Of a stretch of 55,411 bases of DNA, positions 26,601-40,500 are shown in pieces (positions within the stretch are counted from its first letter, which is position 1; each line of letters begins with the position of its first letter). Location: NCBI RefSeq assembly GCF_001194135.2, contig NC_069002.1:4817618-4873028 (forward strand). Direction: 5' to 3'. Source of the DNA: Octopus bimaculoides. Its lineage: Eukaryota. The notes under the pieces are model-generated. The model made no database searches and had not been told where the DNA came from. It saw nothing but the letters and a program-made list of their open reading frames with translations. A program made the position numbers and the translations under genes.

Positions 26601-29600
26601 ACAAATGTTTTATAGTCTAGCCATGTTGCAGAGTGTCCCAGTATGACTGGGTTAATATCAAAACGTGCGTTATAGTTTACAGCCAGCATGCAAAATATTC
26701 TAACAACAACAACACGAACAACATGAACAAAACCTACCTAAAGCAGTTAGTCCCTCAGATATTGTTGAAAGAATGTAGAGAAAGACTTGCGGTTCCAAGT
26801 TGCTGATAAACATCATGTGATCTTGAGCAAGGCATTCTAGCAATGCGTAATAGTTTTGGCTGAGTTTTGGATAATCCTAATATCATAAGAAGAAAAAAAT
26901 TTTCAAATTAAAAAAAAACATCTATAAAACTTGTACAGGTAATATTATGTGTATACTGTACTGCCTCCGCATTCTGGAAATGAAAATAAAAGAAAATGTT
27001 TTTTTTTAAAAATGGCAAGATCAATATTTGAATGTATTGACTGCCACTGACTATTACAGTCACCAATGTATGAAAGAAACTTCTCTTTACTAAGAACTTT
27101 CACAGTCAGAGGGTATCAGTGCTACCGTCTTGGCACAAATTTGAACTGCATCTCGTTTTAGCTAATTTTCTTCCTAAGCAGTTGTGCTCTTTTAGTTACA
27201 TGAATCAACATGTGCTTTATTCTAAATCACTGATATCACACAACTGGTGTGTGATAAACAGTGATATACTGAAAACAAAAAAACATTTGGTATCAAGTAG
27301 TTGTACACACACTTCCTCTCTCTCTCTCACATACTCAGGTCTGATGAAAAAGGAGATCACTTACCAAAAGATCATTCTGTGGTATGGATAATAACAACTT
27401 GACAAACATTGCTAAAGCGTTATCAAGGGCATCATCACCATAAAGCCTGAACACACCAAAATTTACATAGTTTCCACACAGGGCTGCCTTCAACATTGAA
27501 AAACATATGGAAATTCCTTTTAATGTGGGAGACATAGAGTTAAGGATAACACAGTGACAGTTTGATAATTAAATACAAAAGGTATCAGCTTGTGTGAAAC
27601 GTTTACTGGTACCATAAAGGTTAGCAGCTCCAAAGACTATATAAGAAAACATAAAACCTACAGGACACGTTTCATGAAGGCCAAACCCAATACCTCATTT
27701 AACAGCACCCCTGGTCCTAGGCTGCCTTTAGTACTCTGTACTCTTCACCAGTAATTGCAGCCTTTGTAGGTATAGTAGAGATGATCATAATAATAATAAT
27801 AAATGTCCTGATGCAGGACCAGGCAGTGGCTCTCATGGCTTCTGGTCTTAACTGATTATATTGTATGTTGTTTTGTTTTGATACAAAAGATGGGCTACAG
27901 CAAATATTCTGCTCAATACCACAGATTTGCTTGTCAGTTGTTTGACCTTAACCAGTTGAGCATGTCCCTTGGTGGCTGATGATAAGAGCATCGCTGATCA
28001 CGAGCAGAAGTAGTGGGGGAGCATCATAGCCATGTGTTGAGAGGAATTCTTTGGGGTTTGGACAATTCACCAGTGGAAACATGGGTGTTTCGTTCAGCAT
28101 CCTTAAACAAACCTTATTCAGGAATCATTTGAGTGGGATGGGCTACTCGACCTGAAAAAAATTCTAATAGGGCCCCACCTGCAAGGTCATGCACTGTTTA
28201 TCTTGATATAAGATCACCATGTCATGCACTTATGGTTGTGATGCATGTGCCTTGTATACCCTCATCAGATGGGTATACTGGGCTTCATATATTTCTACCC
28301 CAGTGTCACTTTGATGGCATGCATTGCTCTCTCACTCAATAATAATAATAATAATAATAATGATATGACAACAACGACAATGAATGGTGCAGCGACAGAC
28401 AAAAATGCCTTGCAATAATATAGTTACAACCCTTTACATTCCAAGTTCAATTCATGTGAGAGCCAGTTTTGCTTTTACTTCACTAGGGGTTGATTTCAGT
28501 AACAATAACCAAATCCTCTCACAAAATGTTTGATCTTTGAGCATGTGTTACAAAACAATTATTATGAGAAGAAAACAAAGTACCACCTATCCCTATATCA
28601 AGACAGGTTGTAACACAGGGGATCCCTGTCAAACACCATCATGCTCCTAAAGCCGTAAGGTCTATGTAAACTGCAAACAATAATATGCTACAAAAGGGTC
28701 AACTTGGGAAATTATGGTGCAGTTTTTATATTTCACGTGAAAGGATATTTCATAGGGTACAATTGATCCTTGGGAATATCACCAATAGAAAGGATTCGTT
28801 CACCTGGAAATAACAAAGAGATAAAAAAAACGACATTATTTAAAATAAATAAGTTACATATAGGTTTCCATTAAGTAATTAGTATTTGGGGTTTGAATAA
28901 ATGTAACGAAAGCAAAGTTTGAAGGAAATATTAGCCATTTTTCATACTTTCTAGGAGTAATCAAATAGGAAAAAACAGTTGCTCCCCAAGGACACAAATT
29001 GTAAACTGTGTAAGTCTTTATTTCCATTCAAAGTGAACCAGAAATTCATTAAAACAATTTTTTTTCAATCCTGCTTAGATTTTTCACTGTAGATGTATAT
29101 GTTTCATAATTTTTAAATCTCATTTGAAAAATCCTAACCCAAAATTATATGAGTCGCAATTAGATGAGGAGCTGTCCTGATGACTAAATCACTTGATTGT
29201 AAATTTAAATCTTGTGTTGGGCCTCTGACCAAAGCCCAAAACCTCTGCTCACGGTTTGGCTGACAGAAAAATAAGAGAAATTAAAAGGCAGATTGGACTT
29301 CCTACTTCATTGCTGAAGTGTTTAGTGACAGAAGAAAGGTCATCCACGAAACTGGAAGAAAAAACAAAACAACGGCTCCAATAGAACCGTCCCTTTCATG
29401 CAAACATCATAAAATGGAGGAGGAGTGAAAATAAAAAAGACAATAAATAAATAAACAGAATAAACAAATTGAGAGACATTGATGGAATGTTTAAGAGGAA
29501 ATACTCACCATAACTAACAACAATTTTGCTAATTTCTCTAAACAATAACACGCCATTTGGAGAAGAAACATCAAACTGTAACCGCTGTGAGCTGAAAACA

Positions 29601-32600
29601 ACATTCAGACAGGGATTTTGAAAACAAGAAATTTTATTAATTTAAGGAAATTGAATATACAAAAAACAAAAACAGTTAAGATTATAATTTTTCTGAACTA
29701 TTAACCTCTCATCATTATCTCATTATCATAATTTTTATTCAGGTTAATCAAGGACTGGATTCTGATCAATACCACAGACTTGCTTGGCAGTAACCACTTG
29801 ACGTGTCCCTCAGTGGCTGGCAATATGTGTATTTCTGATCATGAGCAGAAGTAGTTAGGGAGCATCATAGCCATATGTTGAGTAGGATTCTTTAGGGTTT
29901 GAATAAAGGTAACAAAAGAAAGGGTTGAAGGAAATATTAGCCAGGGGTAAAAGGGTAAAGACCCTCTTCGGTCATGAATGACCATGGGTTGCACCTAGAA
30001 AGTTCCCCTGGAAGGCACAGGTCCAGACAAGGTTGTTTATGGAAGACTAGCAGTCACCCATGCATACCATCCATCCCTCTGCACACCACTGATATTATCC
30101 AAGGGAAAGGCAAAGGGACCAATACGGCTTGGCACCAGCAACATCACAACTCATTTCTACAGCTGAGTGAACTGGAGCAACGTGAAATAAAGTGTCTTGC
30201 TCAAGAACACAACACACAGACCAGTCCTGGAATTGAACTCACTACCTCATGATTGTGAGCCTGACACTCTAACCACCGAGCCCGAGGTTAATAGTAGGAA
30301 AAGTGATAAACTTAACAACAACTCATTGCAAATTTTTTTTTTAAATGTTTAAATAATAGAAATACTATCGTATTGGTTGAATTTTTTCCTGTTTTTAATA
30401 ATTTTAATATATCATATCTATTATTCAATTCTAATATGGACAACTTGAGAAAAAGTAGGCTGAACAACCTGCACGAATGATCGGTTTACAGTGATCAGAT
30501 GTTAGTGCTGCATACGAGCTCACTTCCCTCCATCAAATCCACAATACCTGTACAGGTGCACAGTGCTGCATACGTCACATACTAAAGTGATCACAACGTG
30601 AGACAACGTGCTTTACACTGCCCGGCCTGGGAATTGAACCTATGCTCACATGAGCGCAACACCCAACCACTAGTCCATGCACCCTCATCTCTAACACTAT
30701 TAGTATTATAGTTAGTAACATACAACAAACATTATTAGAGACCTTAGCCCTTTGAATCTGCAAGTATGCTTTAGCTGGAGTGATTTCAATTGAATGTACC
30801 TCCCTGGAAGACACAAGAGCAGGTAGCCATGTTGTTTTCTGTTTATGACTCACTAAATGACCAAAACATTGTTATTCTCAACAATAAATACAAAAACCAT
30901 GTGGCCGTCCTGTTTTGCGTCTTCCAGGAGTATAGTCAAAAAAAAAAAAAAATCGCATCACTTCCCACTAAAGTATACTTGTGGATTCAAAGGGTCAAAT
31001 CAGTAAGAAACAAGGCATATTAAATTTCAGATTTATGGGAAAGAGAAAGCAACACAGGAGGAGGCATTCATGCCTTTCTCTAAAAGTATTAATAAAATGA
31101 GATAGACAGTTCTGACTGGAAATCAAAACCAGGGATTGAAATTCTTTTTTTTTTTCATTAACGAAGGCTTCCTGTATCTAACATGTTACAGGACCGCATT
31201 ATAACAAGCACATATATTAAACTTATATTTACCGATTCTGAGCCAGCTCAGCCATAAGTTTTAAAACAGGCGTCGTAACAGATGGATCGTGGTACCACAG
31301 TTCAACTGCCCGATGTAATACTGGTGTGTAAGTAGGATAGCTGGTGTTAATTAAGGAGGTGATAACAACATCGTTTCAGTTAAGCAACACTAATTACAAA
31401 CACTGACCTTTGCAACAGAAGAACTTCATTAGAAACAAATGAGTTGAGGATGGACAGGAGTAGTCTTTTTTTTTGTTTTTCTTATTCAACATCAGTAGGT
31501 TACGGCTAGTTGTCTAATGACAGATGTGTTAGAATAAATAGAAGTGGGTTCAGGGCATAAATTAAGAAAAGGATAGTAAATAATGAAAATATTTTTTTAA
31601 TTAATTCTAGTATTTTGTTTCGTTTCATTTAATAATAAATCAAAACAATTTAATGAAAAAACAAAAAAAAACAAAAGGATACATCCAATCAAAATTCATC
31701 ATATAACTAGTTTTGGTATTAAAGGCAAACGCAACACCTCGTAAATCTCGAGCCAGACCAATTAATGACCTCTGCAATGAAAAATAAAAAAAATAAACAA
31801 TATTGAATTTTCTGGCATACAAATCAATGTAGTATATAGTGTAAACATGTAGGTCTAAACATTCAAACATTGTTACTATCTTTCCAAATCATGGAATTCT
31901 TGGTCCTCCCAAAATTGTTTTGGTGAATAAGTCAGCCTACCTTTTTTGGCTGTAAATTTGAGTTGGAAAACTTCACAATGTATACTGGAAAATACAGTAG
32001 TTCAAACAACTATTCAATAATTTTGTATAATGTTACTGCTACAATAAAAAGTACTCAGTGGTTAGAGCATCGTGTTCACAATCAAGAGGTAGTGAGTTCG
32101 ATTCCCGGATCGGGCTGTGTGTTGTGTTCTTCAGCAAGACACTTTATTTCACGTTGCTCCAGTTCACTCAGCTGAAGAAATAAGTTGCAATGTCACTGGT
32201 GCCAAACTGTATTGGCCCCTTTGTCTTTCCCTTGAACAACATCAGTGGCATGGAGAGGAGAGGCTGGTATGCAGGGGCAACTATTGGTTTTCCATAAACA
32301 ACCTTGCCCAGACAGAATATGCACCAGGTTTTACAAAAGTAAGTACTGGGGTCTCGATTTGTTTGACTAAAACCCTTCAAAGTAGAGCTGCAGCATGGGC
32401 TGCAATCCAATGACTGTGACAAACAAAAGATAAAAATATCTCACCTTAGCTTCTTCCATTTTATTTTGGGTGTTTGCATTGGCAAGCATGTTTCCGACTG
32501 CATCAAAAGCAGCTGCAAAGAATAAAGAGAAACGTGAAGTCAGAAAGGGAAAACAGAAACCAAAAGAGCAGGATCCAAACGAAAAGCTTAAAAAATCACA

Positions 32601-35600
32601 CCAAGATCGACTTAACCTTTCGTCCCTTTAGGCTTGCACCAAGAAACAACACCCTAGCATTGCCTCACTGTAATGATACAACTGCAAAAGGAACAGTCTG
32701 CCAATCTAGTTAAAATCCTATGCTTGACTGGCATAGAGCAGGTACCAGATGTTGCTTTCAACAGGTAGAGAGAAAGAGAGAAGCCACTGTGCCTCACTGT
32801 ATCACACTGCCCACCTCAAACTTCTCAGCCCAGAGCGGTCATATAGCTAGGGCTGTTTCCCCCCAATCTCCACCCCATGCAGGCCTGTACAGCTACAAGA
32901 GATGCTGCCCAACCGATACAGGCTGAAGCATGACTTTCCATGGCACCATCACAAGTACTTTTTACATGGCACCATCACTAGTGCTTTTTATATGGCACCA
33001 TTACCAGTAAAAAAAAAACGTGGCACCATCACCAGTGTCCTTGACAAGGCACTGTCACCAGTGCATTTTACATGACACCCGCACCAGTGCTTTCCAGGGG
33101 CAAATGCATGGTCTCGTGTAACTAACAAATAATCCTAAGACAATGACAACAACGGCAAGGCCTAAAGACAATATGAATATACTTACATGTAAGTGGTAAC
33201 ATAAACTGGTCAAACTTCTCCTCGTCTTCACCCAGGTCTACCAGCAGCAACCTCCCAAGCGCCGTGTAGAATGTGGTCCGGCACCTCATGTCTGCCATGA
33301 TATTACCGTTTGTGTTCACTCCCAGGAATGGAAAGTGGTCACTCTATGGAAAGGAATACAGTGTTTGATCAATGCATTTATCATTTTTATAACTAATTAA
33401 TATATAATGAGCAGAAAACTTCAACAAAATATCTCAAAGTACACCAAACATATACATTATATATATATATATATGATTTTTGATGCTGTTTGTATTCACA
33501 TAAACACTCGTAGACCAACATACGCACACATAAATACATAAATATGCATGCAAACATTTATATACATTCGTAGATGTGTACATATATACATAATATAATT
33601 TTGTACATTTGCCTGCCTCCCTCGTGTGTGTGTATGTGGTGTAATGTCCTGTTAATCACGTGATACACAGGGCATATATCCTGGTGTCCCTGCATCATAT
33701 CTGATATATATTCTTTTTCAGCCATCAGAATAACTTGGGTCTTATGAAAGGAAAGCTTTATATTACTTAGAATATATATAAAACAAACTTAAGAAAATGC
33801 TTCAGACAGGGTTAAAATGGTTTAAAAGACTATCAAGGTTGGAGGTTTAGTTGGTTTTCTTTCTTGGTCCACCCCTGTGCCTCCTGTGAGTTAATTCAGC
33901 TCATCACAGCAAATTATATAAAACTGATAGAATGGCAGAGGTTCTACAATGTAATCAGTAACACTGTCACCCAGCAAGACAGAATGGCAGGTGTTCTATG
34001 ACATAGCCACTTACCAAATAACAATTAAACCCCAACAATAGGCCTGTTGCTTTATTTAAATTTTATAACACTATTTACATAAAACTTTTATTAGTAAAAT
34101 TAGTTCAGCGTTAATATTAGTTTCAAATTCTGGTACAAGGCCAGCAATTCCGGGAGGGGGGGGGGAGAGTAAGTTGATTACATTGATAGCCCCCACCCAC
34201 TCACTGTTTAACTGGGGCTTATTCTATCAACCTCAAAAGGATGAGAGACAAAGTCAACCTTGGTGGAATTTGAACTCAGAACGTGAAGACAGACAAAATG
34301 CTGCTAAGCGGTTTGCCTAGTGCTCTAACGATTCTGCCAGCTTACCACTTTTAGTTCAGAGTCAATATTAGAAAAGCAGGGAATAGTAGTAGTAGCAGCA
34401 GTAAAGTAGATTAAAAAAGCAAGAGAGACTCACTGTGTGGTTATTGAGCATGAGTTGTACGGCTTCTAATTTGACTAGTTTGCGGCCACTACTGTAACCA
34501 ACTGATAACTCACTCAATAACAGAAGTGTTTTCGTGATAATCTGTTCACTCCGACCCCAATATTTCAAGTTTGTAATGCTGCAGGAACAGGAATAAGTAA
34601 AATAATAAGAGAAAAAAAAAATGACAAACATAGCAAATATTATTAAATAGACAAACAACTTCATTCTGGATTGTATCAAAGATAAAAATACACATTGATA
34701 TCAAATACTTGAAACATTTATCATGCTACTACAAACATCTACAAAACAATAAAGTAAAATATATTTGTTAATTGCTTACATTTTTCCTATAAAAACACTT
34801 AATACCATTGATTCGTCGCTCAACCTTAAAACTTCAGAAAGTCTTCGGTAAACCTGTAGAATAAACAATAAAAAGGTAAGAACTAATAAATAAACACACA
34901 CAAATCACTAAGTAGTTTCACATCTTAGAGATTATAAAACGAAATTGATTGAGAACACTGTGTAACACTATTTTTGTCCTTGGGTAGCAAATGTTATTTC
35001 CTATTTGATTACCTTTAGAAAGTATGTAAAATGGCTAATATTTCCTTTAACTGTTACTTTTGTTACATTTTTTCAAGCCCAAAGAATCCCTGTCAATGCT
35101 TGGCTGGATTAAATAAGTACCAGTCATGCACTAGGGTCGATGTAATCAACTTAATCCCTTTGTCTCTCCTTGTTTGTCCCCTCTATGTTTAGCCCCTTGT
35201 GGGCAATAAAGAAATAAATATTATCAACAACAGTAATAACAATTATAAAAAATAAAAAAATGTGCCTGACCTTTGAAGTTTTCTGTACTTGATCACCAAC
35301 ATAAATCTTCCGAAACTGTTCAAAGAAACTCAAGATGGCAAGTTCTAGTTTTTCACAACCACTCTGTTGTAAACGAGAGTCGGTGAGATTCATCAACTGC
35401 AGTACTCTGTAATCACATTATAAACACCGTCAATATTATGAAGATGCCTTTAAACAGTTATCTAACTGCTTACAGCTTGCTACTACATACTTACAACACA
35501 CCCACCCCCTGGAAAGCAAATTGTCTAACTCAACAAATGTTCACATAACAATATAGACAATAATTTATCAACGTGTTCAATATGGTTTTTTTTATCTTTT

Positions 35601-37321
35601 ACTTGTTTCAGTTATTAGACTTCAGCTCTGCTGGAGCGCCACCTTGAAGAATTTTTAGTCAAATGAATTGACTCCAGCACTTATTCTGTCAGTCTCTTTG
35701 GCCAAACTACTAAGTTACGGTGATGTAAACACACCAGCACAGGTTGTCAAATGGTATTAGGGAACAAACACAAAGACACACACACATGATGATGATCTTT
35801 TAGTTTCCATCAAGCAAATCCATTCACAAAGCTTTGGTCAGCCAAGGCTATAGCAGAAGACACTTGCTTAAAGTTCCATGCAGTGTGACTGAACCCAGAG
35901 CCAAAGAACACAATGGTTAATGTAATCCTAGCTACACTATGAAAAAATAAAGATGGTTACGACTGAACTGTGAAACAAAAATGAAATGATTTACTATCAA
36001 TGAAACCAAAAGAAGCAGAACAACATTAAAACAATGAGGGGGGATAGAATGGGAGGAGAGGTGGGAAATAAGGGGAGACTGTGTGTGGAGTAAAAGAAAT
36101 GTACTTACCGACATACAAGCTCTCCATCCATAGCATCATGTTCATCTGTACTGGCAAACGATACCCTTCCACCAACAACAGCACCAATTATATACACTAA
36201 CCATGTTAGACGGCCTGGTGGAGAAATAGAAACAAGTCGTTATTAAGCATAGTATAACTTTATATGAAGCACTGAGATAAAACACTTTCCAAAAGTCAAA
36301 CAAGACCTGTCCCTGTATTCAGGAAGGCCCTCCAGCTGTAGAAAACATGCCAGAACAGACAATGGAGCCTTGTGTAGCCCCAGGACTTACCAGCTCTGGT
36401 CAAACTATCCATCTCATGCCAGCATGGAAAAGGGACAGTTAAGGTTTGCATGCAGTTTTCTTCCTCCTTTGGTTTGTTTTTGAATTAAAAATGTATCGGT
36501 TAGGGTCCAGTTTCAATCCCAAATTAGGATCACCCCACTTGTGTCGCTTTTTGAGAAAGACCCAAACATCAGGAAAACCTAGATTCTCCTCTTTACTACC
36601 ATTCCCACAGACATGACAAACAGAGAATGTAAGGAATCTGGTGTCATCAGAGCCACTCACCTTGTTGAACTGCTACTTCTACACTTTGTCCGCCAGATGA
36701 AATCAGTTCTTGGTACCGCTGAGCAGCTTCATCAAACAGCTGCACCAGTAATGCACAGGTTTTCTCGTACTCACACCGTCCTATAGTTGATAGCTGCAAT
36801 CAGAGAGAAACCAGGTACAATGAAACTGCACAACTGACACCTTCAGAAATATATTCGTTTATTCTTTTATTTGTTTCGGTCATTCGACTGCAGCCATGCT
36901 GGAGCACTGCCTTTAAGGATTTTAGTCAAACAAATTTAAAAAAAAATTTTTTTAAAGCCTAGTACTTATTCTGTTGGTCTCTTTTGCCAAACCGCTAGGT
37001 TACAGGGATGTAAACACACACAACACTGGTTGTCAAGCACTGTGGGGTAGGGGGAGATCAAATATACACACACACACGATGGCCTTCTTTTAGTTTCTGT
37101 CTTCCAAATCCACTCTCAAGGCTTTGGTCAGCCCGAAGCACTTGCCCAAGGTGCCAAACAATGGGGCTGAACCTGCTTTTCAAGTAAGGAATCACTTATT
37201 CTATACATATGTGAGGGCAACAAACCAGTTTATGATTTGTTCACAGGTGATATAAAAAAACTACACCACCACTTGTAGCTTGGCGATTTCCAAAGAAACA
37301 TAAATGTAAACACTTACACAC

Positions 37322-37355
<34 letters not shown>

Positions 37356-37433
37356 GTACATATGACAGGTTTCTTTCAGTTTCTGTTTACCAAAACCACT
37401 TACAAGGCCTTGGCTAGCTGACTGGTTAGCTGG

Positions 37434-37516
<83 letters not shown>

Positions 37517-40500
37517 TCCAAGTGAATGTGCACTGCATGTGCCAGCACACACACAAACACTGTATGCATAAGCATCGATTCAAACCAAACATCCATTGCT
37601 CCACTCTCATCTGTTTATCTCTATCTGCACCAGTTTCGGAAATAAGAAATTACAAACAGATCAACTCACCTGATCTAGTTGTTGAGTTACCATCCCATTA
37701 TCTTCTAAAGGATCTTCAAGGCCCTCACTGGAATTAAAAGACAAAAACATGTCCAATTATAAGCATTCATGTTTACATATTTGTGGAAAAAAACAATAAT
37801 GAAAAATGCTTTTCTTTAAGGCCTAAAAACTTGAAATCTTAAACCAAACTTTAAGACCCTGCTTTGGTCAAGAATTACCATGGGATTGCACCTAGAAAGT
37901 TTCCCCTCTGAGGTCCAAGCCCAGGCAAAGTTGTTTTAGGAAGACCAGCAGTCACCCATGCATAACAGCCTCCCCTCTCCAGACCACCAATGTTATCCAT
38001 GGAAAAGGCAAAGGCTGATAGAGCTTGGCACCTGTGACGTCACAATTCATTTCTACAGCTGAGTAAACTGGAGCAACATGAAATAAAATGTCTTGCACAA
38101 GAATACAACACATAGCCCAGTCTGGGAATCGAACTCACTACCTCGTGATTGTGAGCCTGATGCTCTAAGCACTGAGGCCATGTGCCTTCACCTTCCACCA
38201 TACACATGTACTACAACAATAAAGAAAGACTTTAAAACCTACACATCTTTAAATTAATTTAAGCATGAAACCCATAATTCTAAGTGAAGGGGTCAGTTGA
38301 TACCAATGACCTCAGTACGTGACTGCTACTCTATTTTATCAAGCCCCAAAAGTATGAAAAGTAAAGTCAACTTCAGTGGGATTTGAACTCAGAAAATAAA
38401 GAACCAGAATGAATACTGCAAAGTATTTTTTTTTTTTCAACACTAATGAATAATTCTGCCCATCCACCACCGTCAAATAAAGAAAGAGCTATCTTACGTG
38501 AGGGCCACATGGACAGATTCCATCCTTGAGGTAATATAGGCTTTAGTGACTTCTGGTGTGTAGGTTTCTAAGAGATGAGGTTCTGAAGCTTTCACATAAG
38601 GAACTGAAGCCACCATACGCTGCCACAAACTCAATAAATAATGTATGCTGTTTGGTGCGCATTGCCACATCTGCAGAAATAGATCACAAACAAATATTGT
38701 AAACATCAGAAAAGGACTGAGAGTCACATATCATCATCATCATCATCATCTAACAATTTTTCCATGCTTGCATGGGTCAAACAGAATTTGTTGAAGCAGA
38801 TTTACTAAAGTCAGATGTCACCAACCCTCACCTGTTTCCAGGTGAGATCGTATTTCCCATGGCCAGACATTTTTTCCACAGAATACTGGAAACAAAGAAC
38901 ACTGCTGGTATGACAGTGAGGCTTGTTTACAACCATCAAACACCAGCACAAGCATATGTACACACACACACACACACACAAAGGGTTTCTTTCAGATTCT
39001 GACAACCAAATCTACTTGCAATGTTCTGGTTGACTTGAGGCTTCACCCAAGGTGTCATGCAGTGGGACTGAACCGCAAGACCACATGGTTAGGAAGCACA
39101 TAGCCAAAAATTCATGTACGGTATAGAGAATAATACAAAGAAAGTGAAACAGTAAATGAATAGTTTAAAGAGGGAGGGGTGTCCCTACATGAGCTGTTGG
39201 CAAATTTCAAAAAAGTATGGAAGCTTTGAAGGATACAGAGTCCTGACAGCTAACAACTGATATCTTTATAATGACCAGACTTCTCTGGTTTTAAAGTTGA
39301 GCAATTGAAACAGGAACAAAAAGATACTTACACGTAAACTAGTTACTGTAAATTCAGCAATGAGTTTTATAATTTCAGGATAGTTATCTACTTTTACAAG
39401 TTCCCCTAGCTGATAATTTGATTTCAAGCGGGCAAGCAACCGACAAAATTCATGGTAGTTATTAGGATGTGACAAACTCTGTAAAGAGAAAGAGAATATA
39501 ATAATTAAGAAATGACAAACTATGTATGGAGAAATGTAACATGGTTTAGGTTTTTAAGGGTTTCATTATAATTTAGGGTCGCAAAATTTGAATTTTCAAA
39601 TTAAAAATGAACAAAAAAAAAAAAAAAACATTTTTGTAAAAGGGCAAATATTTATCACTGAATAGTTATTGTTTCAGCATCATAACTACAACACACAAAT
39701 AAATATTACAAATATGAAAGAAACTGAGAGAAAGGATAAGACAAAGACAGAATCTTTAGCATGATGGATTCTAGATTCTGTCTGGAAATGTTTGTCAAGG
39801 TGTGGATGTTGATGTCTGCCCGTAGTGAGATAAACACATGGTGAGCTAGCTGTTGTACATGTACCACACACACACAATCAAAACTAGAGGTAAGGTCCAA
39901 AGACATGACTAGAGGTACTTATTTTATCAACCGTGAAAGGATGAAAGGCAGAGTCGACCTCAGCGGAATTTGAACTCAGAACATAATCATTTTACCCAGC
40001 ATGGTACCGATTCTGCCAGCGCACTGTCTTGATTATTATTACAATGTTCATGCTATCTTATAGTTGAGAACTCTACTTAGTTGCCACTTTTAGCAATGTA
40101 CTTCAACAATGAACCAATGAGACAACAGGCAGAAGTACTGACAAGGCACAGGTTCTTACTATGGTCCATACTCAAGTATCTTAGCACTCCTGGCTAAAAA
40201 GTTTTATTAATGAGGTTTAAAGGAGAAGATGGCAACTTACCTGTGGATGTTCTAAAATGCGTCGTACACCAGCAACAAGATGATTAAGAAACTGGGCCCT
40301 TTCATCATTATTGAACAATGAACGCCGAACTGATGCCACTTGCACAAGACAAGAGAGAGCCTACAATAGAAAGAGAATATAATAAATGTGTGTGTTTGAA
40401 TGTGTGTGTGAGTGCACAAGTATATGTGAGTGTATGTATGTAATGTATGTTATATACAAACAGAGAGACGGGCAGATAGACAATGAGACTAGATGGGTCA

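Noticed and set aside
30743-30803. Possible XPO7 cassette exon ([20 protein letters not shown])
   Set aside because: 61 nt (frame-breaking), weak donor gtctct, no XPO7 similarity; flanking exons join perfectly without it.
32055-32125. tRNA-like sequence with A and B boxes
   Set aside because: It is the head of a SINE, continuing into the SINE core; no full cloverleaf.
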